Source: Candidatus Moanibacter sp. (GTDB lineage Bacteria > Verrucomicrobiota > Verrucomicrobiia > Opitutales > UBA2987). From it: a stretch of DNA of 64,000 nucleotides. The notes beneath the pieces were generated by a model. The model ran no database searches. It had not been told where the DNA came from and saw nothing but the letters and a program-made list of their open reading frames with translations. Each line of letters opens with the position of its first letter. Position 1 is the first letter of the stretch. The translations under genes and the position numbers were made by a program. The stretch is taken from NCBI GenBank assembly GCA_965215885.1, contig CBDCEW010000102.1, positions 1 to 64,000 of the forward strand, read 5' to 3'. Shown in pieces: positions 19,875 to 29,963 of this stretch.

Positions 19875-21425
19875 CTATGGAAATTGGAGCGATTCGTCGG
19901 CGAGGACGCGGATGAAGAGGGTGTCCTCGCCCGCAACGGGTATTTCGATGAGCAGGTCACCGCTGTCGATGGCTGTATTTGTCGGTGTGAGGATGAATTG
20001 AGACCAGTCATCGCTGAGGAGCTCCGAGGTTTCCTGGACACGGAAACGGACAAAGATTTCACCGGTCTGCGGATCCCGCGCGATGAGAGGCACGAGCATG
20101 TTCAGGTTGCGAATCTCTGATTCGGAATAGAGGCCGGCGCCGACCGCGGCCGCGTAGAGACTATCGCGCAGGGTAGCGTTGTCGACGGTTGGATCGAATC
20201 CAAAGGCCGCCAGCAACACTTCCGCGCTGTCATTCATTCCATCGCCGTCGGTGTCGTCCGAAAGCGGATTCGTGCCGGAGATGAACTCGTTTTCGTTATC
20301 GAGGCCATCGCCATCGCTGTCGAGTGCCATGTCGGTGTCATCGTTCGCGTTGAAACCGTAGGTCAGCTCCCACTGGTCGGGGACACCGTCGCCGTCGCCG
20401 TCGACGGTGTCAATTAGGACGGTGGCGTAGGCGGAGACGCCCCGATTACCCATCGTGTCGTAGGGCGTCACTTCGAGGACCGCGGTCTGTCCCTGCTGGA
20501 GCCCGGCGAGCGATGCAAGCTCCGTAAAGAGGATCACCTTGGCCGGGGCGCCGGGGAGGAGCGAAATCTCGTTTCCCACGGGCACGCCGTTGACCAGCCA
20601 CCGGTAATCGATGCGCTGCATCAGAAGCTCGGGAGGCGGAGGGGGCGGATCCGCCATTTTTAGAAAGACACGGGTGAATGCGGCCGACCAGTCACCGTCG
20701 TCGTCCCGGACCCGGGTGGCGAGGCGATGAAACCCGTCGGAGAGAGCGGCGATAGTCCCCGCCGGGATATCGACCGTAAGGTCGACGGCAGTTCCCAAGG
20801 TGACATTGAATTGCGAGCCGTTGCCTGGTCCCGGATCGGAGTCAAAAAAGTATTCGCCGTCGACGATGTTCGGCACGGTGTTGTCGATAGTAAAATTCGA
20901 CTTGCGGAAGACACGCGTGAAAGCGGCGGACCAATTGCCATTGTCGTCCTTCACGCGGGTGGCAATACGATGAACCCCGTCGGAAAGAGCGAGTATGGTT
21001 GCCGCCGGAATATTGACCGTATGGTCGATGGCCGTTCCGGGGGTCAGAGTGAATTGCGTGCCGTTTCCCTGTCCCGGATCGGTGTCGAAGAAATATTCGC
21101 CGTCGACGATGTTCGGCACAGTGTTGTCGATCGTGACATTCGATTTCAGGAAGGTGCGCGCGAAGGCAACAGACCAGTCGCCATCGCTGTCCCTTACACG
21201 GCAGACAAGGAGGTGGTTGCCGTCGGACAAGGCGGCAATGGTGGCCACGGGTACGGCAACGGATTCGTTGATCGTTGAGCCCTGCGTTGGCGCAATCTGC
21301 GTGCCCATTCCCACGCCGGGGTCGACGTCGATGAAATACTCAATGAGGTCGATGTTCTGTGCCGGGGATAACTTCGCGAGGGCGAAAAGGGCGAATGCAG
21401 CAACTATGGAATGGCGCTTGTTCAT
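19875..21425 (-). CDS. Secreted protein with three ~81-aa EYFFDxDPG repeats and DxDGDG Ca-binding repeats
   Basis: Signal peptide; DNA repeat with 243-bp period (20851 vs 21094); DGDGDG/DSDGDG/DTDGDG. Confidence 0.85.
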   Translation of the reverse strand: MNKRHSIVAAFALFALAKLSPAQNIDLIEYFIDVDPGVGMGTQIAPTQGSTINESVAVPVATIAALSDGNHLLVCRVRDSDGDWSVAFARTFLKSNVTIDNTVPNIVDGEYFFDTDPGQGNGTQFTLTPGTAIDHTVNIPAATILALSDGVHRIATRVKDDNGNWSAAFTRVFRKSNFTIDNTVPNIVDGEYFFDSDPGPGNGSQFNVTLGTAVDLTVDIPAGTIAALSDGFHRLATRVRDDDGDWSAAFTRVFLKMADPPPPPPELLMQRIDYRWLVNGVPVGNEISLLPGAPAKVILFTELASLAGLQQGQTAVLEVTPYDTMGNRGVSAYATVLIDTVDGDGDGVPDQWELTYGFNANDDTDMALDSDGDGLDNENEFISGTNPLSDDTDGDGMNDSAEVLLAAFGFDPTVDNATLRDSLYAAAVGAGLYSESEIRNLNMLVPLIARDPQTGEIFVRFRVQETSELLSDDWSQFILTPTNTAIDSGDLLIEIPVAGEDTLFIRVLADESLQFP

Positions 21426-21456
21426 GGCGCGCTGAAGAAATGAGGGACTAATTCGC

Positions 21457-22413
21457 TTACTCGGGGAAAGCCTCGGCAGCCACGTCGAACGACAATCCGG
21501 AAGTATCCGTGGCCGTCGCCGGAACGAGGAACTGCGTCAGCCGCGGGATGCCCGGTATGAGGGAGAGCCCGTATGGCGTGGCGCCTCCAAAGATACCCAT
21601 ATCGACACCGTTAAAACCGGTACCCTCCGCGGTACTCCCGCTCTTCAACTGGTATTGGTCGTCGAAAGTTCCGGAAGGCACAAATACGTCCGTAATAATC
21701 TGCCCGTTGAGGTTGTTGCCGCCACTTGGCAGAAAAGTGCCGCCGATCGCCATACAGTGGGTATACGAGGCATCGAGGTCCACTCCGGAGGTAAGGAAGA
21801 TGGTGTTGGAAACGCTCGAAGAGGGAACAGCGGAGATCGAGGTGGTAATGATGCAGTGCGTGGCAGTCGTGTTTTCGATATTGAGGGCCAGCTTTGTGAT
21901 TATGCAGTTAGAAACAGAGCTGTTGCTTGTATTTAGACTTAAAGTTGCACCCGTTGACGTGAAATAACTGCGGCTGATCGTCGCAACGCCGCTGATGGTC
22001 CAGATATGGTTGCCGTTCCAGCACTTATCGATAATGATATTAATGACATTGGCATCGACGATGATCTGGCCCGAGATGCCGCGCGCGGTGGATCCGGAGC
22101 TGTCGCCGAACGTTGGATTTGTCGCGAAATTTACATCCACGTCAGCGGTATTGTTGTTGAGACCGGGCACCCCGTTCACATCGGGAAGATAGCCGGGGCC
22201 CAGCAAGGTGAGCTGTTTGTAAGAGGTGACCGAGCCGTAGGCCGTGGCTGACGGGGCGAACAAAAGGGTATCGCCATTAGAGGCTGCATTGTAGGCATCG
22301 GTAAGGTTGTCGTACATGGCCACCGTGCCCGGATTGTTGTCGATTGTGAGCACGTCGGCCGGCAGCGAAAAGCAGGTTAGGAAGAGACAGAGAAGCGGAG
22401 TGGTGTATTTCAT
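21457..22413 (-). CDS. Secreted right-handed beta-helix (pectin-lyase-like) protein
   Basis: Signal peptide; LTDAYNAASNGDTL, YQLKSGS.A and DMGIFGG..PY motifs. Confidence 0.75.
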   Translation of the reverse strand: MKYTTPLLCLFLTCFSLPADVLTIDNNPGTVAMYDNLTDAYNAASNGDTLLFAPSATAYGSVTSYKQLTLLGPGYLPDVNGVPGLNNNTADVDVNFATNPTFGDSSGSTARGISGQIIVDANVINIIIDKCWNGNHIWTISGVATISRSYFTSTGATLSLNTSNSSVSNCIITKLALNIENTTATHCIITTSISAVPSSSVSNTIFLTSGVDLDASYTHCMAIGGTFLPSGGNNLNGQIITDVFVPSGTFDDQYQLKSGSTAEGTGFNGVDMGIFGGATPYGLSLIPGIPRLTQFLVPATATDTSGLSFDVAAEAFPE

Positions 22414-22536
22414 GAATAATGTTTGGTTGGAACTTTTATAGTGAACAGTGAAGAGATTCCGCTGAATTTAATAAGGAGGCCGGCTCGCACAGGCAAGGCT
22501 ATAAGCCCGCGATGAACGGCTCAGATGTCGATGAGG

Positions 22537-22560
22537 CAGAATAATCAGACAGGTTGTTTA
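22537..22560. promoter_or_regulatory. Exact copy of the 24-bp motif at 18574
   Basis: CAGAATAATCAGACAGGTTGTTTA. Confidence 0.45.
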
Positions 22561-22582
22561 TTGGAATCCGGTGAAAAATCCT

Positions 22583-22840
22583 CCACGTTCTTGCGAACGC
22601 GGCTACAACGTTTGGTAAGTCGTTGATATTTGTAGCCGTCCCGCTCGGCGGGACAAGAACGTGGTCGCGGAATTCAAAGGGAGAGGTTTTTCAGCAGAAT
22701 CTTATTGAAGGCCTGTCCCGGCGCTCTTCGGTTTGCCGGATCAATCGGGGATGAAACTGTCGGCCTCCACGAAGACGAAAAGCTTTCGCTTTCCGCTACA
22801 GTCCGATTCGATTTATGTAGCGGAAAGCGAAAGCTTTTCG
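22583..22840. repeat. Two GTAG-type REP-like inverted doublets
   Basis: 22583-22664 imperfect; 22776-22800/22816-22840 perfect 25-bp IR; GTTGATATTTGTAGCCG is shared with the 7849-7918 doublet. Confidence 0.65.
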
Positions 22841-23052
22841 ATCTTCGCGAATCTCCGAGTACGAGCACGAAATCTGCAATTTTCGCTCTTGAGAGGACTG
22901 AAAATCATCGCCCGGCAATCCGCATCTACATTGAATATTAGGTCAGCAACGACAGGCTCTTGTGCGCCTGCGCTTGCGTGATTTGAGCTGTCGGTTCATT
23001 CTAACAGTAATCGTTGCTACTCTATACTTGGAAGAGAAAAGGTAGACACCCC

Positions 23053-23817
23053 ATGCTCGGCGCCATCGCAGGAGATATCATAGGATCGATTTATGAGGGC
23101 AACCCCATCAAGACGACCGACTTCCCACTCTTTCAGGCAAGTTCCCGCTTTACCGATGACACGGTTCTGACGGTGGCGACGGCCGACGCCATTCTGAACG
23201 GAATCGATTACGCGGACGCATACGGCAGCTATTTCCGGCGTTATCCGAACGCGGGATACGGCCTATCCTTCATCCAATGGGCCAGTCAATCTACCAAAAG
23301 ACCCTACGGCAGCTGGGGTAACGGATCGGCCATGCGGGTGAGCCCCGTCGGCTGGGTGGAAGATAGCATCGAGGGTGTCCTCGAACGAGCGGAAGCCAGT
23401 GCAGCGGTAACCCATAATCATCCAGAGGGGATCAAGGGCGCACAGACCACTGCGATGGCTGTCTTTCTTGCCCGCCGTGGGAAATCGAAAGAATCTATCA
23501 GAACGGCCCTTGAAGATCGGTTCGGTTACGACCTGAGTCGGCCGCTGGATGAGATTCGACCCACTTACCACTTTGATATCTCCTGCCAGGGTTCGGTCCC
23601 CCAAGCCATACGCGCCTTTCTGGAGGGCGAGAATTTTGAAGGTGCGGTTCGGCTGGCCGTTTCACTCGGAGGCGACGCCGATACCCAGGCCTGTATCGCC
23701 GGAGCAATCGCAGAAGCTTTCTTTGGTAGCGTATCCTCCGAGATTGAGAGGGAAACCTTAGAGCGCCTCGACGTCCCCCTCAGGCGGGTCGTGGAGACCT
23801 TCCGCGGACGCTACTAG
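23053..23817 (+). CDS. ADP-ribosylglycohydrolase family protein
   Basis: GAIAGDIIG, FTDDT, SWGNGSAMR and GGDADT motifs. Confidence 0.9.
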   Translation: MLGAIAGDIIGSIYEGNPIKTTDFPLFQASSRFTDDTVLTVATADAILNGIDYADAYGSYFRRYPNAGYGLSFIQWASQSTKRPYGSWGNGSAMRVSPVGWVEDSIEGVLERAEASAAVTHNHPEGIKGAQTTAMAVFLARRGKSKESIRTALEDRFGYDLSRPLDEIRPTYHFDISCQGSVPQAIRAFLEGENFEGAVRLAVSLGGDADTQACIAGAIAEAFFGSVSSEIERETLERLDVPLRRVVETFRGRY

Positions 23818-23918
23818 GAATTTGTAGGACTTCGCTTTGCGATTCTGCGGTGCGCTGGATCTATCCGGGTGCATTCGTGGTTCGCGGCCGATTCCACCAC
23901 CGATATCTTCCTAAGCCG

Positions 23919-25253
23919 TCAGGTATCGAGATCGATCTGGCTAAAGTCCAGCTTGCCGAGGGGGTTGTAGGGAATCTCTTCAACCTCGATCCATTTTTTT
24001 GGCATTTCATGTGGAGCAAGTCTCTCTTTGAGAGCCGTCCTGAGGCGATCCGAAGTCACATTCTCGGCTTCTTCATCGACCACATAGATGACCACGACAC
24101 ATTCTCCCCACTCCGGATCTGGGGCTCCGGCAACGACCGCTTCGGCCACAAGACCGGTTTCAGCGAGGATCCTCTCGACGACGTAAGGATTGATCTTTTC
24201 GCCGCCTGAATTGATGATGCGGTCGAGCCGTCCTTTAATGAAAAGGCTACCGTCATCGTCGAATAACCCGAGGTCATGGGTTGCGAATCCATCATCGAGG
24301 GACTGTGGAAGGTTTGGATAGTAGCCGCGAAAGAGTGCATCGGAATTCACGATGATGCGCCCGTTTACATTGGGTCTGGCGGGCAGGCCGGCCGGATCTC
24401 GCACAAAGATACTGGCGTGGGGCAACGGGTTTCCCACGCCGTCTTTTCCGTCGAGAAAGTCGTTGCTATCGAGAAGGGAGATTGCCGCTGCCGACTCCGT
24501 CATTCCATAACAGGGTGCGATCGGCAATTTCGCCTGGCGGGCGGTATTGAGTAGCTCAGGGCCGGCCGGACCTCCTCCCAAAAGAATCCTCTTCAACTTC
24601 CGCAGCCATCGCCCCGTTTCCGCATTCTTAAGTAAACGAATCAACTGCGTGGGCACGAGAGAGAGAAAGTAATGCTCCGGTTCAATCTCTGGGAAGTTTC
24701 CTTTGAGAAGGGCTTTGTACTCAAAAAAGCTGAGACTACCTTCGCTCACAAGAGACCGAAACACCTGCATCAATCCACTGACGTGATAAAGAGGAAGCAC
24801 ACAACAATTGTGAAGCGGCTCCCTTCCGAAGTATTCATAAAAGCCATCCGCTGCAATAAACAGGTTGTCCCAGGTATGGATGGCAAAGCGCACTTCACCT
24901 GAGCTACCGCCAGTCGGGATCATGATGGCGGGCCAGTCTCTGACTTTCATTTCCTCACCTTCAGGCTTGTAATCGATATCCGGGGGCAATCCTCCCACGA
25001 TGTGGTGTGGTCGGGCCATAGTCAGAACGAAGTCTATCAATTCACGTTTCCACTCCGGATTGGCCAAAAAAACCGCACACTCCCTCTCCACGGCCGTCAA
25101 GAGGGCAGCGACAAACACGTTCGGATCCCGTTCTGCTATTAGGATTCGCTGTCCCGCTTCGGCTTCCTTGAAAAATGCCGTTTCTGAGATCAAATTCGAA
25201 GAGATACCCCCTTCAGGCAACCGAGGATACATACTTTCCCAACTAGGCGTCAT
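23919..25253 (-). CDS. menE: AMP-binding ligase, o-succinylbenzoate-CoA ligase-like
   Basis: TGGSSG, LPLYHVSG, YGMTE and GRLDRIINSGGEKI motifs. Confidence 0.7.
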   Translation of the reverse strand: MTPSWESMYPRLPEGGISSNLISETAFFKEAEAGQRILIAERDPNVFVAALLTAVERECAVFLANPEWKRELIDFVLTMARPHHIVGGLPPDIDYKPEGEEMKVRDWPAIMIPTGGSSGEVRFAIHTWDNLFIAADGFYEYFGREPLHNCCVLPLYHVSGLMQVFRSLVSEGSLSFFEYKALLKGNFPEIEPEHYFLSLVPTQLIRLLKNAETGRWLRKLKRILLGGGPAGPELLNTARQAKLPIAPCYGMTESAAAISLLDSNDFLDGKDGVGNPLPHASIFVRDPAGLPARPNVNGRIIVNSDALFRGYYPNLPQSLDDGFATHDLGLFDDDGSLFIKGRLDRIINSGGEKINPYVVERILAETGLVAEAVVAGAPDPEWGECVVVIYVVDEEAENVTSDRLRTALKERLAPHEMPKKWIEVEEIPYNPLGKLDFSQIDLDT

Positions 25254-25461
25254 AAGGCTCCTCTGTTTTCTGACCTAAAACCGTCACGGGTCAAGAAAGG
25301 ACGTTATCCAATATTTCCATTCTTTACCTTTTTTTTCTTGCGCAGCGCTTATCTATTTATACGATTGGTTAACCGAGGCCCGGGAAAGAGAGCAATTACA
25401 TTTCCACCCGAATACTCCAGGCTAGAAGAGAAGAAAATTGATAAGAATAACGCTTTCAAAA

Positions 25462-27054
25462 ATGACACTGGCTGAACAGATCGAAAAGGTCGACGATTTT
25501 GCGTCCAATCTGGACGCCCGTTTTTATCAAAGGGCGGACCCATTTTTCGAGGAGAATATTCCAAGCGCATTGACCTACGATGACGTGTCGCTGGCCAGCA
25601 ATTACTCTGAACTGCTACCCCGGGAAACCATCCTTGAGACGGTACTCTCAGAGACGCTCAAACTATGCATTCCCATTATCTCGGCCGACATGGATACGGT
25701 AACGGAAGCGCGCATGGCGATAGCGATGGCGTTGAACGGAGGCTTGGGCCTCATCCACTACAACATGCCTGAGAAACAACAGGTAAAGGAAGTGGCACGG
25801 GTGAAGAATCATATCCACGGGCTGATCCAGGATCCGATAAAGGTGAAGCCGGACCAACTGGTGGGGGACGTTTTGGAGATGATCGCAAACTCCCAATTTG
25901 ACTTCAGTACATTTCCGGTAGTGGACGATCGTGGAAAACTGCTGGGGCTGCTTCGCGGCAGCGTTTTGAAATCACGCTACCAGCACCGCTCCGTAAACGA
26001 TGCCATGACAAAGCGTGATCAGTTATTTACGATCGAAGAAAAGGAGATGGATGACGATCCGATCGGGACAGCCGACAGATTTTTCAGCGAACACATGGGC
26101 ATCCACAAACTCCTCGTAGTGGATGGACATGACCACCTTCGCGGTTTGTTTACATTGAGTGATATTGAGAGTATCACAGAAGAGAGGGGCGCGCGAGTGA
26201 AAGCGGCCCGAGACAGCAGATTTCGTCTCGTGTGCGGCGCCGCCGTGGCAGCCCAAAGAAGCAAAGCGAAAATGCTCGAAACCGACCCCCTCCTTGAACA
26301 TATCGGCCACCTCGTGGATGAAGGTATTGACGCCGTCGCAATATCAACGGCGCACGGCCATACCGTTGGTGTGGGCGAAGCTATCAGGATCATTCGGAAA
26401 GAGTTTAATCATCTGACCATCATCGCTGGAAACGTGACCTCCGCAGAGGGCGTCGAGTTCCTGGCCGATTGCGGAGCAGACACCATAAAGGTCGGCCAGG
26501 GTCCGGGTTCGATCTGTACGACACGCCTTGTAGCCGGGATAGGGATTCCCCAACTCACCGCTCTTTACGTCGCCTCACGAACTGCATCCCGGCGAGGCGT
26601 AGGCATACTGGCTGATGGGGGAATCACGAAAGGTGGTGACATGGTAAAAGCGCTCACTCTGTCACAGGCGGTCATCTGCGGGAGCCTCTTCGCCGGCTGT
26701 CTTGAAGCTCCGGGCAAAGTAATGGAAATCGACGGAAAACTTTATAAGGAGTATCGCGGGATGGGCAGTTTCGTAGCCATGAAAGCCGGCGCTGCTAGCC
26801 GTTACGGGCATACCGGAAATGAGACCGCACAGAAGGCTGCTGCAGAAGGCATCGAGGCCCTCAAGGAGGTTTCCGGCTCCCTGGACGAAACCCTCCGAGA
26901 ACTTGTAGCCGGCATCCAGTCCGGAATGGGCTATTTGGGAGCTCAAAATCTGGATGAACTGAAGGAGAAGGCCCGCTACGTAAGAGTAACTCCGGCCGGT
27001 CAGCGCGAATCGGCTCCGCATGACGTGGTCGAGATTAAGGCCACACACAAATAA
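25462..27054 (+). CDS. guaB: IMP dehydrogenase
   Basis: [19 protein letters not shown] pair and [13 protein letters not shown]. Confidence 0.95.
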   Translation: MTLAEQIEKVDDFASNLDARFYQRADPFFEENIPSALTYDDVSLASNYSELLPRETILETVLSETLKLCIPIISADMDTVTEARMAIAMALNGGLGLIHYNMPEKQQVKEVARVKNHIHGLIQDPIKVKPDQLVGDVLEMIANSQFDFSTFPVVDDRGKLLGLLRGSVLKSRYQHRSVNDAMTKRDQLFTIEEKEMDDDPIGTADRFFSEHMGIHKLLVVDGHDHLRGLFTLSDIESITEERGARVKAARDSRFRLVCGAAVAAQRSKAKMLETDPLLEHIGHLVDEGIDAVAISTAHGHTVGVGEAIRIIRKEFNHLTIIAGNVTSAEGVEFLADCGADTIKVGQGPGSICTTRLVAGIGIPQLTALYVASRTASRRGVGILADGGITKGGDMVKALTLSQAVICGSLFAGCLEAPGKVMEIDGKLYKEYRGMGSFVAMKAGAASRYGHTGNETAQKAAAEGIEALKEVSGSLDETLRELVAGIQSGMGYLGAQNLDELKEKARYVRVTPAGQRESAPHDVVEIKATHK

Positions 27055-27146
27055 CGCGAAGGAGCGCTATCCTATAGATGAACTATGCCTTTATGTGCCT
27101 GCATTCAATGGGTGACCGAGTTGAGGGGGGAGGATATTGAGAAGCT

Positions 27147-28697
27147 ATGGCGTTAGTACCGATCAGCAGCCAAATCATTGCCGACGTGGGAATCAGTATG
27201 GGCGACGAAGGGAAGGGCCGCCTGATTTACGAACTTATCGACGAGCTGTCTAGCTCGACGAGTGGAAACTCCCCTGTGTTCATGGTGATGAAAATCAACG
27301 GTGGGGCCAATTCCGGACACACCGCGGGTGGCTTGAAACTGAACCTGTTACCCGCCGCTATTATAGCAGACTCTGTCCCCTGCCTCGCCCTGGGTTGTGG
27401 CACGGTGGCTGACCCGCGCAAGCTCTGGTGGGAGATAAAACCCCTGGAGAAGGCTGGTTACTCTGTCCGCGAGCGCCTTCTCATCGACGAACGCACTCAG
27501 GTGAGCGATCTCACACACCGCCTTCTCGACCTCGGATGGGAATACTACCGGGCAAACGTTCTCCAGGAATCTGCACGCGGTACGACGGGCAGAGGAATCA
27601 CTCCGGCCTACGGAGATGAAGTCGGACAAAGCCAGATATTCTTCAACGATTTTAAAGGCGACAACGAACCCTATCGCCACAAGCTCGCTAGACGCATCGA
27701 CCGCACATTGGCAATTATACGATACGTCTGCCGGGTGAGCGAGGAGGCTTGGGATCAATTCTTTGAGACGCTGACGGTGGCCGAGCAAAGGGCAAACGCC
27801 GAGACCGTAGAGAGCGGCATTTTCAATTTGGAGGAGTTCGATTTCCGCTGCTTCAAAGGAAAGGAACCGTTCTCCCTGGACGAGAATTTGATCTTGGACA
27901 CGTATTGGAAGGCCGGATCCAAACTCGCGCCGAATATCGGTGATGCTCGTGAAGCCGCGCTCAAGGCCCTTCGCAATGGAAAAACTATCATCGGCGAATT
28001 CGGCCAGTCCTACTGGCTCGACAAACGTCACGGTTTTTCACCGAACGTGACGGCCTCCCATACCTATACGCCAGAATTTTTCCAGTCTGCAGGATTGCCC
28101 ATCCAGCCCATCCATACCATCGGTGTGTGCAAGGCCTATGACACGAAAGTTGGGACGCACGTCTTCATCACGGAAATGCCGGATGCCCACCCGCTGTCCA
28201 GGAAACTGCGACAACTGGAATACGGAACCTCTACCGGGAGGCAACGGATGGTCGGCTGGTTTGATGCAGTTGAAAAAGGGGATTCTCTCCGATACGGCGG
28301 ATTTCAGGACCTGATGATTAATAAACTCGATGCCCTGAGCTATTCAGATGACTGGCAGGGAGGTGAACTCCTGGTTTGCGCGGCATATCGCGACGCAAAC
28401 GGAACCCTTTACAAAGGTGTGCCCCGTGACGATTCCCTGAGAAAGAAGCTGCAACCGGTCTTTCTCCAGCTTCCTGGTTGGAGCGAAGACATCACCCAGG
28501 TTCGCCATTTCGCGGACCTGCCCGGAAATGCGAAACGCTTTGTTGCCACACTCGTGAAGAGTATCTTTGACATTGCCTATCGGGATGGCCATCGCCCCTC
28601 TCCGCTGCCCAACCTTCGCTATATCGGGGTAGGACCCGACCGTTCTCAGATTATAAACGACGTACCGTACACGGAGGCTCTCCTAAAACTGGCCTAG
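27147..28697 (+). CDS. purA: Adenylosuccinate synthetase (long divergent form)
   Basis: GDEGKG, GGANSGHT, GTTGRGI.PAY, EYGTSTGR.R and NKLD motifs. Confidence 0.9.
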   Translation: MALVPISSQIIADVGISMGDEGKGRLIYELIDELSSSTSGNSPVFMVMKINGGANSGHTAGGLKLNLLPAAIIADSVPCLALGCGTVADPRKLWWEIKPLEKAGYSVRERLLIDERTQVSDLTHRLLDLGWEYYRANVLQESARGTTGRGITPAYGDEVGQSQIFFNDFKGDNEPYRHKLARRIDRTLAIIRYVCRVSEEAWDQFFETLTVAEQRANAETVESGIFNLEEFDFRCFKGKEPFSLDENLILDTYWKAGSKLAPNIGDAREAALKALRNGKTIIGEFGQSYWLDKRHGFSPNVTASHTYTPEFFQSAGLPIQPIHTIGVCKAYDTKVGTHVFITEMPDAHPLSRKLRQLEYGTSTGRQRMVGWFDAVEKGDSLRYGGFQDLMINKLDALSYSDDWQGGELLVCAAYRDANGTLYKGVPRDDSLRKKLQPVFLQLPGWSEDITQVRHFADLPGNAKRFVATLVKSIFDIAYRDGHRPSPLPNLRYIGVGPDRSQIINDVPYTEALLKLA

Positions 28698-29761
28698 GCC
28701 AGTTCGTGGGGAGTGCTGAGGTGCTCGAGTATTTGTCTGGTGGAGAATTCGTGGAGTCGATCTCCTCCATTTAAGAGGCGCTGGGCCTTCAGGGCCTTCT
28801 GAAATGCGGCGTTCACTCCTTCCAGAGTCCGGTTCCTATTTTCGAGAATTAATGGCCGATGACCCGGCAAACACTTCGCTCTCTTGAGAAGATGAGCGGC
28901 CCGGTAGACACCTTGAATCACGCACCAGTGCAAACGACAGCGGTGCCAACCTTGAAATGCCTCTGGTTCCGATTCGAAGTAGTTCTCCTCCAGACTCTCC
29001 GCAGCATCCGCATGACGTCCGAGTAGAAAATAGGTTGCCCAGGCCAACTCCTGCCGTGTGGGTGCAAAGCCCACGGAATCCAAGTCGAACCACACCAACT
29101 CTCCGTTCTCTTTCCGTAGAAGATTGTTCCAATGAATATCTCCATGACAAAGGGCGGATTGTCCTATTAAAGATGGGTCACTGAGGTAGAATCTAGCGCG
29201 ATTAATGACTCCGATGTCGAAATCCTTAATAGATTCTCGATCAGGCGACCGTTCCAACGCCCTGATGGTGCGCATGAAGTCAGAAACACTTTGGATTCTC
29301 CAATGAGCGAGTGAGCCGTTCAGTCGAACTCGATCAAGAGAATGCCACCGTTTCAATTCCCGGCCCAGTTGCACCCCGAGGTCCCGATCCCAGACACCTA
29401 TTCTCGATCCCTCAACGCGGGTTTGAAATTGAAGTATGCACCAGCGCCTTCCAATTCTCCTAAAAATCGAGAAGGCCACCTGGGGACACCGGATGGGAGT
29501 GGCTCCGAGACCTTGAGAACTCAAATACACGGAAAAGGCTCTCGCCACATGGCGAATCCAGAACGCGTGAATGAAGAATTTCTCCCCGTTAAATGTGAAC
29601 GGCGTCGTCTTCGGAAACTCCTCGCGTTCCCCTCCGACTTCATAAGTTTCGTAGGCTTTGCGCAAAGCCTCATCGAATTCGGGCATCTTCCTGCGAAGAC
29701 GATGGGTCTGCAATATGCAATTCCCAATCCATTGTGCAAGTATCCTGGCTTGAATCTTCAA
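28694..29761 (-). CDS. Aminoglycoside-phosphotransferase/kinase-like protein (start uncertain)
   Basis: LCHGDIHWNNLL and WFDLDS motifs. Confidence 0.65.
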   Translation of the reverse strand: MKIQARILAQWIGNCILQTHRLRRKMPEFDEALRKAYETYEVGGEREEFPKTTPFTFNGEKFFIHAFWIRHVARAFSVYLSSQGLGATPIRCPQVAFSIFRRIGRRWCILQFQTRVEGSRIGVWDRDLGVQLGRELKRWHSLDRVRLNGSLAHWRIQSVSDFMRTIRALERSPDRESIKDFDIGVINRARFYLSDPSLIGQSALCHGDIHWNNLLRKENGELVWFDLDSVGFAPTRQELAWATYFLLGRHADAAESLEENYFESEPEAFQGWHRCRLHWCVIQGVYRAAHLLKRAKCLPGHRPLILENRNRTLEGVNAAFQKALKAQRLLNGGDRLHEFSTRQILEHLSTPHELA

Positions 29762-29867
29762 TGCTGGAGCCTTTTTGCGTAGGATGAATGCGCTTTTCTT
29801 TCCACTATAAAAACCAAGAACAGATAAAGTGAGTCAATGCGTTCCAACACTCAGTTTCATTTTCCTC

Positions 29868-29906
29868 CTATGAATCTGTCGGACCCTAAGTCTGACAGAT
29901 TCCTTG
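29868..29906. repeat. Degenerate 39-bp palindromic mini-element (GAATCTGTCGGAC...GTCTGACAGATTCC)
   Basis: Same family and length as 55264-55302. Confidence 0.55.
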
Positions 29907-29929
29907 TCGATACGTTTCCGTGCCCTCAT

Positions 29930-29963
29930 AAAATTAAAAGGCCCGGAGGAAAACCTCCAGGCC
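29930..29963 (-). terminator. Rho-independent terminator
   Basis: Minus strand GGCCUGGAGG-UUUU-CCUCCGGGCC followed by UUUUAAUUUU. Confidence 0.8.

Noticed and set aside
23053..23817. ADP-ribosylglycohydrolase as the antitoxin of a toxin-antitoxin or defence pair
   Set aside because: No ADP-ribosyltransferase or toxin gene is adjacent
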